Source: Octopus vulgaris
Lineage: Eukaryota
Direction: 5' to 3'
NCBI GenBank assembly: GCA_951406725.2
Contig: OX597815.1
Location: forward strand, 21,514,001 to 21,578,000
Length of the DNA stretch: 64,000 bases
Shown here: piece by piece, positions 35,501 through 47,109 of the stretch
How positions within the stretch are numbered: position 1 is the stretch's first letter
Layout of the letters: every line of letters starts with the position of its first letter
Notes under the pieces: generated by a model
Database searches by the model: none
What the model was told of the DNA's origin: nothing
What the model saw: only the letters and a program-made list of their open reading frames with translations
Position numbers and translations under genes: made by a program

Positions 35501-36649
35501 TTACTAATATTTTCTTTTTATTAGGTGCACAGCTTATGTTGATTAAATATTTTTGGGAACCTGTGCATTTGGTGAAACTGACTATCTACTAAACTAAGAT
35601 TTAACTCAAGCTTTTATGTTCAATGGGAAGGGGGTTGTGAACAAGACTTTGCTGTGGGATTTTCTCTTGGTGGGGTTAGAGTTGGACTTGTAATTGGTCC
35701 TATCTTTAATTCTGCTGGTGACCAGTAGAGGGCTACTTTATCAAACTGGGTAAACCTTGCTCTACCTCTGTCACTCTTGGTTTTAAACCTTACTGGTATT
35801 GCACTAAAAGGCAAAGCTGGAGGCTCTCCTAATGTCATTGTTAATCATCCTAATCAGCTTCTTACTCACCAAGCTGGTCTTTGACTTCACAGGGTTGATC
35901 AATTGACAATTGGGAGTTAAAGGTGGCCACATGGTTAATGGTAAGAAGAATGGAAGAACTTATTGGCAGACAGAAAACTTGGCCTGAATGCTTGCAACAG
36001 TGCGGAATTTTCTGAAGGCACTCAAAAGGTTGGTGGTGGTGTTAAATGAGAGTATATTAAGTTTTCCAACCAAACAGAAAATCAGTTCTGATCAGCTTCC
36101 ACACAATTTCCAATGGTGAAAGGTACGATTTAAAAACAATTTAGCTACTTTTAGTAGTTAACTACTATGAGGGGGCTCTTTTGACTTGTTATAGTAGAAG
36201 TTTTTAAAGGTGATTATTGCTGTTGTTTAACTGCAAGTTAGACCTTTGATCAAAGGCTTTCCATCCATGACCATCCAATGTTTTCTTTTGGGTGCCACGA
36301 AGAAAAATCACTTGAGCCATTGTCATCCTTTATTAAAACAATAGGATGTGATATGAGGGAGATTTGACTGCTATTTCTAGCAGGTGGAACGACAGCCCAG
36401 AGATCCCCTTGTAGGCTTATCTCAAGGTGGAAAAGTAGACTGAATTGTGAATGGAAGCTTTTTGAAAGGACAAAACAAAATGTACCATCTACAAGGTTAC
36501 AAAGAATGGTAAATTCCAGACCAGTGTAATCCATGTAAATATGAATGGATGTACAACAAAATATCGGCCTTCACATGTGAGATGACAAAGAAACAGAGAG
36601 GTAAATTCCAGACCTATCTGGAATGTGGATGGTAAAAATACTTCCCCCG

Positions 36650-36843
36650 CCACCTGTGCCGGTGGCACGTAAAAAGCACCCATTACACTCACGGAGTGGT
36701 TGGCGTTAGGAAGGGCATCCAGCTGTAGAAACACTGCCAGATCAGACTGGAGCCTGGAGCAGCCTCCTGGCTTTTCAGACCCCGGTTGAACCGTCCAACC
36801 CATGCTAGCATGGAAAACAGACGTTAAACGATGATGATGATGA
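36650..36843 (+). mobile_element. RTE LINE 3' UTR fragment
   Basis: Conserved tail with (GAT)n. Confidence 0.8.
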
Positions 36844-37172
36844 TATAATTTTGACTGGTTCAGTAGTAGTTTTCTTTTTATGAAGTGTAAAAACATGTGA
36901 CAAGGAAGCATAATTTTTTTTGCCAATGTTTATATCATTTGCTGATATAAATTACTGATAGATATACATATAAACAACAGACTTCTGAACAGTTTCCGTC
37001 TATCAAATTTTACTCACAAAGTATTGATCAATCTGAGGTTATGGCAGAAGACACTTGTTCAAGGTGTTGCATAGTGAAAATGAAAATGAACTCTGATCCT
37101 TGTGGTGTGAAAGAAACATCTTAACTACATAGCCATGCTTAGCTCACTAGAGACTCAATATCAATCTATAGT

Positions 37173-37380
37173 CATCATCATCGTTTAACGTCCGTTTTCC
37201 ATGCTAGCATGGGTTGGACGGTTTGACCGGGGTCTGGGTCTTTCGTCATAACCTCTCTGAGGCTCGATGTACGAAGGTCACGCTTGACCATGTCTTCCTG
37301 GGTCTACCTCTACCCTGGATTCCTTCAACAATTGGGGAGTGGCACTTCTTCACACATCTCTCCTCATCCATCCATAGTAC
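37173..37380 (-). mobile_element. RTE LINE 3' fragment (ORF end joined to tail, array deleted)
   Basis: Tail plus CVKKC...GRGRPRKTW remnant. Confidence 0.7.
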
Positions 37381-37715
37381 ATGTAGAATAACATGGAGAA
37401 GCAGACTCTGATGATGAATCACCACAGAAATACAAAAAGAAGAGTATTAAAAGGTTATCAAATAATTTTATTGTTCTAGTAAGTATACTTTTTATCTGCC
37501 ACACTCTCTTCTCATAAACATATATATACATATACACACACACACCTAAGTATACTCAATCTAATTTATAAAATTTACATTGCAAATAAATTTCAAATAA
37601 CAAATAAGGCTGTATCAAAATTGGATGAGGTTTGTTTGTTGTTTTGATAACAGATTTAATCAACAACCAGCAATTAGTGGGTAGTTAATGGATGTCTAAC
37701 AAGTCATTTTAGTGT

Positions 37716-37878
37716 TTAATCACAGCTGCCATCTTTCCATCCATCTTTCCAACGCTCATCAACTTTGCTACAATCAAACTGTGGTTTGCCAAGCAAGAGA
37801 TTCACTCGGTTATGGGTATGACAAAACCATTGTGATAAATTGTGGCGAGAAGTTGTGTCTGGTACATTAGTTTTCAAA
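37716..37878 (-). CDS. GFER: GFER coding exon 3 (HNRVN...GSCD*)
   Basis: cag acceptor; TAA; AATAAA downstream at about 37473-37468. Confidence 0.94.
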
Positions 37879-38820
37879 CTGAAAAACAAAAAGAGAAGAG
37901 AAATACAGTACTTTAATATCCTAATTGTTTTGTCAATTCACAAGATATATTAGTATAAAACACAAGGACGTTATATAGACCTCTTTGACTCAAGTTAGAG
38001 AAGGGGTATTATTATACACAAGGTTTAGGTTTTTCAGAGGTACAACCCCCTAAAAATCCCCTGCGTATTATACTCAAGGGCGGACTATACTCGAGGATTT
38101 ACAGTATATTTCAGACAGTTGCTGAGTTGCTGGAGCAAAATTTTCTAGAAGTTTCAAGAACTTTCAAAAAGTTTTTAAAAGTTTCAAGAATTGCTAGAAC
38201 ATTCTGGCAACATAGGTGGCAGTATAAAAACGGGTGTCATAAGCTCAACAGTTCAGCTTACTTTTAACTGTCCAAAGTGGAGACAAGTTTGAGAGAAGCA
38301 AAGTTTGAAGGAAATATTAACCATTTTTCATAGTTTCTAAGAGTAAGCAAATAGGAAATAACAGTTGCCACACAAGGACAAAAATCGTGTTACACAGTGA
38401 TATTTTTGGGAGATTTAGTTTCTGCTCAGCACTTATCTAGTAGACATATATAATCAATGTTGTTACAATCATGACTACCTGATCTTATAATAATAATAAT
38501 AATAATGTGCCGGTGGCACATAAAAAGCACCATCCGAACGTGGCCGATGCCAGCTCCGCCTCGACTGGCTTCTGTGCCGGTGGCACGTTAAAAGCACCAA
38601 CCGATCGTGGCCGATGCCAGACTCTCCTGGCACGTAAAAAGCACCAACCGATCGTGGCCGATGCCAGACTCTCCTGGCACGTAAAAAGCACCCACTACAC
38701 TCGCGGAGTGGTTGGCTGTAGAAACACTGCCAGATCAGACTGGAGCCTGGTGCAGCCCCTGGCTTCCCAGACTCCGGTCGAACCGTCCAACCCATGCTAG
38801 CACGGAAAACAGACGTTAAA

Positions 38821-38854
<34 letters not shown>

Positions 38855-41374
38855 AATGATTGTATACAGTGCTCAGGTGTACCACAACTTGTCAAAGGTG
38901 CGTATAAAGCATATGCAGTAATGTACAAATGTCTGGAAAGTGAACAGTGTATGAGTCAGATACATGCTTGTGTGTGTATGGAGGGGAGAAAATCAGGTGT
39001 AGTGTTGGCGAATCTCAGGAAGCATGGAAGTTTTGAAGGATGCAGTGCTCCGACAACTAGCAACTGATGCTGGTAGTTTGTTCCATGCTTCAGCAACTCT
39101 TAGCGTGAAAAAATGTTTCTGAAAGTCATGGGAGCTGTGCTGTTTTCTGACTTTGTAAATATGTCCACGGGTGTTAGACAGATGGAGTTTGAAAAGGTGC
39201 TCAGAGTTATTGTTTCTAAGATGGTTAATAATTTTATGGGTGTCTGCCAATCTTGTTTTCAAATATACAATATTTAGGACTACTCTATTCAAAGCATTCT
39301 TGTTTAAAAAAAAAAAAAATCACATGATCTGAGAATGATGTGGCTGTTATTTCAAGTGATTTACAAAAGGTTCCTTCAGTTTTATTTAAAATTACAGAAG
39401 AGAAGCCAAATGATCCTTGAAATATGTAAACACCAACATTTACTCAAAACATTTCCACAAAACTATAATAAAAAAAAAACAATTGCTATTTAGTCCAAAG
39501 TCAGCACTAACTAAGCAGGCCTATGATTAAAGGTATTCCAGTTAATCAATGTGTTCCTTTCAGGGATATTCTATTGCTATTTTTATCAAGTCAGGTGATC
39601 CCTTAGAGGTTCCATAATTGGTTTGTGTGAAAAAAAACAGTAGGAAAATGGTTAAAAAAAATAGTAACAAAAATAAACAAACAAGACTTACTCTTCCCTT
39701 AGATGTTCTGCACAATAATCACATGGATAAAACTTTGCGAAAATATTTATAAATGAATGCATGTCTTGTTGCTGTTGTGTTGTTGGTTTATCTGGATAAT
39801 AAGCAGCCATTGTATGAAGGAATGACCATGTGTTACTGCCTAACTCATTTTTATCAAGTGGACATTCAACAGGTTTTTTCTCGACCTGTAATTATTTCAA
39901 AATACAGATACAAACACATATTTATAAATTGGTCAAAGGTTTAATCCTTTCGTTACTATATTTCTGACCAAAATACACCCCTTATGCGTTTCAGTTAATT
40001 TCTAACATAATCATAAATTTAGTCTGGTTTCATTAAACAACTATAACTTTTTTATTTATCAATATATTAAAGTGAATTTTGGAAGATAATTTAATGAAAT
40101 GTTCTCAACCAATTCTATACTATAATTTTTGTCACAAAGTGACTCTAATTGCAGGTAGATACGGTTTCGGGCGGTTTGGTAACGAAAGGGTTAAAGATGA
40201 AAATTCAAACTTGGTAGCAAAACCAAGCAAAAAATCAAGAGGCTTTAAGAATAAATCTAGCAAAGACTAAAATTTCAGTTAGAGGAAAGAAAACAGGATC
40301 ATTCTGCTGTTGGGAAAGTGGCCATGTCTGATATACAGAAAAGGAGTAGGCAGGAATTCCATTTGATGTATCCAATATAAAACAACGGATGCTCAAGAGG
40401 TGTACGGTAATAGATCATAAATAAGCAGAAGGAAAAAATAGGCTCTGTACCACCTGACTGGCCCCCGTGTTGGTGGCACGTAAAAGCATCTAGCTGTAGA
40501 AACTCTGCCAGATCAAGATTGGAGCCTGGTGCAGCCATCTGGTTTTTCCAGCCCTCAGTCAAATCGTCCAACCCATGCTGGCATGGAAAGCGGACATTAA
40601 ACGATGATGATGATGATGATGCACAGGAACAGTAAGGAGTAAAAATACAAGCAAGATAAACTTCTTTAAATATCCAGGATTATGAGTAGTTGACTTAATT
40701 AATAGTAATCTAGGTGATCTAATTAGAAATGGTAGTGAGTGTTCCAAAAGCATAATTGCCAGAACAAGCATGGAGTGGAAAAGTCTAGGGAGCTATTACT
40801 TCTGATGGCAACAATTGGTTTTATTCTCTGAACAAAAGACAACTTGTATGATAATTGTATGCAGTGCTACAAATAATGCACTGAATGCAAAAGATGTGTG
40901 ATGATTAGAAAGAAATGAAGCAAACATGTTCCACTGGATAAATAATAGTAATGTATGTATGATGGAGGACAAATGAGTTGAGAAAAAAACCCAGTTCAAC
41001 TAGCAATGGAGTTTCTACATAGTTGCTCAACTTGGTAGAAATAGCAACTAAATCAACCAGAAGCTATTCCCCACAGTGTTAAAAAGTGCACAAAAATATT
41101 AAGCAAGTTGTAAAAATAATACACCTACCTGAGTTATTGCAGGTTGTGCTTTCATCCAGGTTTTAAAATCTGTACATGCTCGGCACAATTTACTAGATGG
41201 TTTTTCATCTTTCTTCACATCTAAATTAAACGAAACATTTGCAGAGGTGGGTGTTTCCAATTTTGAAGCAGGTTTTTGAGAAGGATCTTGTTCACTTCCA
41301 GATGTGTGGTTGTTTGATGAATTTGAGGGAACAGGACTGTCAACTTTACTTTTTGGTAGGTTTGAGGCTGACAT
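37716..41374 (-). CDS. GFER: FAD-linked sulfhydryl oxidase ALR/Erv1, 3 coding exons, 200 aa
   Basis: complement(join(37716-37878,39692-39885,41129-41374)) = 603 nt. Shuttle CRAC(TDFKTWM), [22 protein letters not shown], redox [39 protein letters not shown]. Confidence 0.95.
37965..38106. mobile_element. One-ended copy of the Tigger-type MITE
   Basis: Reverse complement of 26002-26115. Confidence 0.8.
38143..38255 (+). promoter_or_regulatory. Heat-shock-element array + TATA + Inr-like, probably an LTR remnant, antisense in GFER intron 2
   Basis: TTCtaGAAgtTTCaaGAActTTC at 38143-38165 plus further units to 38204; TATAAAA at 38223; cagtt at about 38249. Confidence 0.5.
38507..38820 (+). mobile_element. 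RTE 3' UTR fragment inserted in the (AAT)n tail of a CR1
   Basis: 4 array units plus tail, flanked by (AAT)n on both sides. Confidence 0.8.
38823..39250 (-). mobile_element. CR1-clade LINE 3' fragment
   Basis: TRGHIYK...[15 protein letters not shown]. Confidence 0.85.
39692..39885 (-). CDS. GFER: GFER coding exon 2 (CPLD...YPCDYC)
   Basis: cag / gtaag; ERV domain. Confidence 0.94.
39945..40190. mobile_element. piggyBac-type (TTAA) MITE, family B
   Basis: TTAA|TCCTTTCGTTAC...GTAACGAAAGGG|TTAA. Confidence 0.8.
40445..40620 (+). mobile_element. RTE LINE 3' UTR fragment
   Basis: Conserved tail with (GAT)n. Confidence 0.75.
41129..41374 (-). CDS. GFER: GFER coding exon 1 (S/P-rich N-terminus + CRAC)
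   Basis: Acceptor cag at 41395-41393, ATG at 41374, donor gtaggt. Confidence 0.88.
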
Positions 41375-42202
41375 GTGTACATTGAACTAAATCTGAAATA
41401 ATACAAGGTAATCATTTAAAAATATAATATATGCTTTATACACACTTTTGACAAGTTGTGGTGCACCTGAGCACTGTATACAATAATTTCATTATTATTA
41501 TTATATTGGGTTGGCCAAAAGTCACCTGACAGTAAATCAAAACTATTTAATCCCAAGGTTTATTTATGTTTAACAACTAAATGAATTTAATAAAAGCATC
41601 TAAATAAAGTGTGATTTTAATTCACAGCATTCTTTTCTGGCAATCATTTGGTATATATCCCGGTATTCCCTGAAATTACACCCTATTGTCTTAATGAAGA
41701 ATACATTGGATAATATGATTTAGGGTTTGCTGTGCATAGAGACAAAACAGAATAGACATGGATAGAATGCCTTTGACCTCTGGTATATTTTATCATGGTT
41801 GACCTGATAAGCAGGCTCTATCATGATCAACAGTGCATGACTTGTACATCTTACTTTGCCAGATATCTTTGCATTTCAGTGACTATCCCTGGTTGTACAG
41901 CAGCTTTCCATGCCTTAATCATGTCTTCAACAATATAGCTCTCAATTTCAATAGCTGACCCTTCTGTTAGGTCTACTTGGACAAGTTCATCTTATCTATG
42001 TGTATTCTCCATATTCAACAATCTCTTGGAGTAACATTATCATATCTCTTTCTTCTCGGCATCATTGAAAGTAAGTGCACTGCCATCATTCCGTTCACAC
42101 TATTCTCCAACGAGATCTTAGTTTGCACTCCAGAACCCATACATGTGATTCCTCCATTGCAGAATATTGACAAACCTTATATTTTCAGCTTCTTGCCTGG
42201 CT

Positions 42203-42560
42203 CATCATCATTGTTCGACTGTGGTCGAGACAATGGAATTTACTATGTTACACCAGACTTCATGGTCCAACATAGCATTATGGAGGTCCTGTTGCTGGAT
42301 GCCTGTATCCCTGGAGATTACATCAGGGTAGGAGAGTGTGCGCCCTCTGGTATCGCGAGCAGATGGCTTCCAGAGGAGAAGAGTAGAAATTACCTCGTTT
42401 TGAGCTCTACAACAATGTCCAGCAAAATGGACTCTTCTATCTTTCACAAGAGATGATACAGGTGGTAGTTTCCCATATATTTGTACTTTGGTTGGATGAT
42501 GCTTCCACGAGAGATTTTGAGCTCTTATAAGGAGGCGAGTGTAAGTTCCATCCAACCTGC
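42203..42560 (-). mobile_element. RTE-type LINE C-terminal fragment (different family)
   Basis: DGTYTRLLIRAQNLSW...RRVHFAGHCCR...LLLWKP; short (GAT)n tail. Confidence 0.75.
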
Positions 42561-42949
42561 CCTTTATCTCTCCCTCCTTTTTGTCAGATGTATCCTCTAG
42601 TACTATATCTAGCTAAGAGATCTTTCAGCTCTCATACTTTTCTTCGCCAGGTTGTCTATTCTCTGAGTTTCTAGTTTTGATTTTGAGTTTACCAACAATC
42701 TCTAATCTATGTTGAGTAGTACATTTTTTTTACCAAGGAAGGACATATTAGTCATAACCAGCTGCAAATTCTATTTCCTTATGAGTATGAAGTATATCTG
42801 GCATATGTATTCACTTGATTGATAAGTGTTGCATTATTTGCACAACAGAACTCTGCGAACCTTGATCCTTCCTCATTCCACGTACCATATACAAAGCTTC
42901 CAAGTCTGCTGGAGTACCCAGCATAGCCATTAAAATCACCAACCATGTT

Positions 42950-43227
42950 AACAAGGTGGCTAGAGCACCATCCGAGCGTGATCGTTGCCAGAGCAGCCAA
43001 CTGGCTTCCGTGCCAGTGGCACGTAAAAGGGCACCATTCGAGCGTGATCGTTACCAACGTCGCCTTACTGGCACCTGTGCTTGTGGCATGTGTAAAAAGA
43101 TTCGAGCGAGGTCGTTGCCAGTACTGCCTGACTGGGAGTCTGGCGCAGCCATCTGGTTCGCCAGCCCTCAGTCAAAATCGTCCAACCCATGCTAGTATGG
43201 AAAGCGGACATTAAACGATGATGATGA
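42950..43227 (+). mobile_element. RTE 3' UTR fragment next to an AP-endonuclease remnant (42780-42945, -)
   Basis: Array units plus tail; neighbour reads GDFNGY...WNEEGSRFAEFC. Confidence 0.7.
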
Positions 43228-43506
43228 TCTGCATGTAACAAAATGTTAGAAATAGAGTAGGTATATTTGGTTTGTCTCCTAAAGGAGCTATGATGAAGTT
43301 GATTGAAACAGCTATATTGGTACAAATTCAGAAGACAAGAAAGAAAAGCAAAGAAACCGGAAATATAAGACGGAAAAATTTAAATACACTCAATGAAGGT
43401 TATATACGACAAAATGTCAGTACTGTTCTTTGTTTTAAAAGTGGTAACACAACGTAAAAAAAACTTTAGAGTGAATTTTTGCTTATCAATATTTCATCAA
43501 TTATAA

Positions 43507-43690
43507 GGCGGCGAGCTGGCAGAATCGTTAGCATACTGGGCAAAATGCTTTAGATTCTGAGTTCAAATTCCGCCTAGTTTGACTTCACCTTTCATTCTTT
43601 CAGGATCGATAAAATAAATACCAGTTGATCACTGGAGTCGATGTAATCAACTTACCCTCTCTCCCGAAATTGCTAGCCTTGTGTCAGAAT
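43507..43690 (+). mobile_element. tRNA-derived SINE
   Basis: ggcggcgagctggcagaa head. Confidence 0.75.
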
Positions 43691-44288
43691 GTAGAGACAG
43701 TCTTTTTTTTTTACCAATCCCCGTGGTGAACGACATAGAGCAAGACGTAGTCTGCGAGTATGCTGATTAACTAATTCAATTCCCGGTCGAAAGTTTTTTT
43801 TATATTTATGCCGTTAGGAAAGGTATGAGTACTTGAAGATCCTATTCTTTTCCTCTATAAAACTAGCATTTTGTCATAAACATTATTTCATCATACTTTT
43901 ATCCACTTCGGAGAGAGAGAGAGAGAGAGAAAATCAAAATAACTAAGGGAAGGTCCCGATTATTTCTCTCCAGGTGTATCGTACCGGTGTAAAGTTGTAT
44001 TTAATGTATCAAACTAGTTCCCCTTCGTCTCTGAAAGACTCTTATACTGTAAAGATATCAACGAGAGTTCTTCGAAAGAACGAAATTTTTAGTTACTGCT
44101 AACTTTTGAAGAAAGAACTCATTGAAGCCGCATTTGTCGCTAATATACATAGCAACATGACAATGTCAGTGAGTTATTGATCCACATGCGACCCGGTGTC
44201 ACGCAGGGCGTTTTTTGTGAACATTGTAAAGGATAATTTTCAATGAAAGCGAGGACGGAATTAAGGAGAAACCCCAAATCTTATTTAC

Positions 44289-44400
44289 CTTGTATATCTG
44301 CTTAGAATCTCAGTGTTACCGCTCGAGCCGTACCTAGATTAAGCTAATTTAACAGGATGTGTAAGGTCTTCAAAAATTGCGTCATAATAAATTGACAATA
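44289..44400 (-). other. Candidate non-coding first exon / promoter of GFER
   Basis: CpG-retaining unique sequence with strong donor AAG|GTAAAT at 44289/44288; the GFER ATG exon begins with an acceptor, so an upstream exon is expected. 5' boundary unknown. Confidence 0.4.
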
Positions 44401-44437
44401 GGTACTACTAGACGGTACACTGTTTGCTAGTAGTACC
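44401..44437. mobile_element. 37-bp minimal TIR element (Merlin/MULE-like)
   Basis: ttgacaata|GGTACTACTAG-15 nt-CTAGTAGTACC|ttgacaata. Confidence 0.65.
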
Positions 44438-45371
44438 TTGACAATACTTCTTTCATTAATACTAGTGAAAAATTTTAATTCAGTTCCTACTGCATTCAAT
44501 TAGCTATTTCGTCCAGTTGCGTAGACCATTAAAAAGGAATTAAGGGAAGAAAGAAACATAGGTCTATTAAATTATAATATTGTATTATCGTTATGAATAC
44601 AATGAATAAAATAATGCTCAATATCAAGATTGGGTATTTATTCAAAATAGTAATTTCATAATGTTCCATTACGTTAGAATAGTTTTCATTGTGTAATAAC
44701 ATAAGAAAAATAAGGGACAGATATAATTAAAGGTAGTTAGTTACCAGAATTGGGGCGTTAATGTTATCTGCCTCCGGTAAGAATCCGGATTGGAAAGAAA
44801 CACAGAAAAAGAAAACCAAAAGATTTATAAGTTGTTCAGTAAAACGAAATGAAGTATAATAATGTTTTGGACAAGACGTCCCCGAGAGAAAGAATGAAGT
44901 TTATGATGAAAGTCTGTGAATAATTTTATGTGAGGACGAACGTAGGCGGTACATGAAACAATATTTTAAAAAATCAAAACAAAATAATTCTGAATTGTTC
45001 AAAACACAGTAAGGTCATTAGCATTCTGTGATTCTGTTACGTTATGTTCTTGAAATATTCTAATTGTGAAAAGATGTTACCTGCAAGGCCGTTCACCGAA
45101 GCATTGATATTAGCAAATGCAGTCACACGAACTTTCTCGCAGGGACAAACCAAAACATGCAATTAGAATTACTTCCCTTGAGAAAGCGTCTCGACAATGA
45201 CTCGATCAGCTAGAAATAGAAGTCAAATATCTTTCACATCTCACAACACAATATGGTCACGGATGGAAAGCCTTTAGTCAGTGGTATGTCTAATCAGAGC
45301 TTACCTGACGTTAAACAACAATTCCAATATCACTGTATTTCAACACACACACACACAGATTCTTTTTTTGG

Positions 45372-46058
45372 AATATCTCGAAGCACACACATAAAGCTAT
45401 AAATATTAGCATGTAAATATTGGGTTGAAAAACTGCTTCGGGATCTTTTCGGTTTGAACGGCAGTTTTTAACGTAATTTCTAGGTAACTAAAAAATTTTA
45501 AACTTCGTACACTGGTCGAATGTGTTTATAAAACATCTTTTTCTCTTGGCTTTATTAAGAAAATTCTATAGTTTGTAAGATATTTGTTGTTTTTTTCCTT
45601 CAATTTCTGCAATTTCAACCAATCAATGACGTGTATTGAGGTAAAAATCTTTCTGTGCCGTATGAATATGTCCTTCCTTTAAGAAACAGATTGGGTTTAT
45701 TTACATTTCTGAAGAAAAAAGATACCCTTCCTCCACCCCTAACTCTAACCCTAAAACAGATTGAAATGCAATAGATCGATACTAGGGTCATAATTATGGG
45801 TGACAATTTCATATGACACCGCTAGAAAAAACTGCCGTTCAAACCGAAAAGATCCCTGCTTCGGGCAGAAAAAGTCAAAGGCTGCTGTGGGATTCGAGCC
45901 CACATCTCCTATAGACATGGAAGAACGCCTGTCATGTCTGTAGGATATATGGGTTCGAGTCCCACAGGCAAACTTCGACTGTTTCTGTCCGAAACAATTT
46001 TTCAACCCAGTATGTATTTGCTGTTATTTATAGCTTTATATGCGTGATTCGAGATATT
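45372..46058. mobile_element. Palindromic hairpin element with tRNA-like B boxes, interrupted by a second TIR element
   Basis: After removing 45440-45856, the ~130-bp arms pair around a ~13-nt loop at about 45920-45932. Confidence 0.7.
45440..45856. mobile_element. Non-autonomous DNA element, ~29-bp TIRs, 6-bp TSD
   Basis: tgcttc|GGGATCTTTTCGGTTTGAACGGCAGTTTT...AAAACTGCCGTTCAAACCGAAAAGATCCC|tgcttc; internal cctaac repeats. Confidence 0.85.
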
Positions 46059-46464
46059 TCAGAAATCCCCCCCCCCCCAAGAATTTTCCAGTGATTGTTT
46101 GACAGTCACGGAAGAATCCTCTTGAAGACTGTGGTACTGCCAACTTTGTTTCGGCAAAGGGGATTTATGTGATGCAACAGCGTTTCCACATCAAATTGTG
46201 CGGAAAATTTTTGTAGCTTTTGTTGTTTAGCTCAATGGTATGAGGTGGTACGAGAAGGGTCCTTCCTACAAATTCATTAGTAATCCAGTAAAACACGTAT
46301 TTCGCGAAATGTTTATATTCACTCCTCTTTGGACCACGAAGAGCAATACCAGCGTGTTTTCCATGTCTGGAAAGTCATTAATTATTTTATTACCTATATA
46401 ACAACACGTATGTACGTGTTTCATATATAAAACAAAACCACATTAAAATGAAAAAAAAAAAAAG

Positions 46465-47063
46465 AGTGGGTGTGTGGTAAGTAGGTTGCTTACCAGCCAC
46501 ATGGTCCCGGGTTCAGTCCCACGGCGTGGCACCTTGGGCAAGTGTCTTCTACGTTAGCTTCGGGCCGACCAAATCTTTGTGAGTGGATTTGGTAGACAGT
46601 AAGTGAAAGAAGCCCGTCATATATGTATATATATAAAATAAAATAAATGCGCCCTTTTAAAGCCTAAAAACCAAGCTCATGGGCCCGGTTTCTATGGCGT
46701 ATGTGTTCCCCAGCTGGACGGGACGCCAGTCCATCGCAGCGTTACTCATTTTTGCCAGCTGAGTGGACTGGAGCAACGTGAAATGAAGTGTTTTGCTCAA
46801 GAACACCCGGTCCAGGAATCGAAACCACAATCTTACGATCATGGTGCTGACACCCTAACCACTAAGCCACACACACACACATTTTTGTGTGTGTGTCTGT
46901 GTTAGTCCCCCACCATCGCTTGACAACCGATGTTGGTGTTTTTACGTACCTGTAACTTAGCGGTTCGGCAAAAGAGACTGATAGTATTTATACTAGGCTT
47001 ACAAAGAATAAGTCCCGGGGTCGATTTGTTCGACTAAAGGCGGTGTCCTAGCATGGCCGCAGT
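46465..47063 (+). mobile_element. CORE-like SINE with a nested minus-strand SINE (46645-46870)
   Basis: Host split at its TA/TG microsatellite; insert has a tRNA head and gcgatggactggcgtcccgtccag. Confidence 0.75.
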
Positions 47064-47109
47064 CAAACGACAAACAAATAAAAGAAAAACAATGAGCAAA
47101 GAAAGAAAG

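Noticed and set aside
35620-36060. Possible gypsy integrase C-terminal relic
   Set aside because: Only a weak LSID-like word; too degraded to call
41977-42456. 159-aa plus-strand ORF
   Set aside because: Mostly the antisense frame of an RTE fragment
43718-43800. tRNA-like sequence before a T-run
   Set aside because: No cloverleaf and no proper A/B boxes
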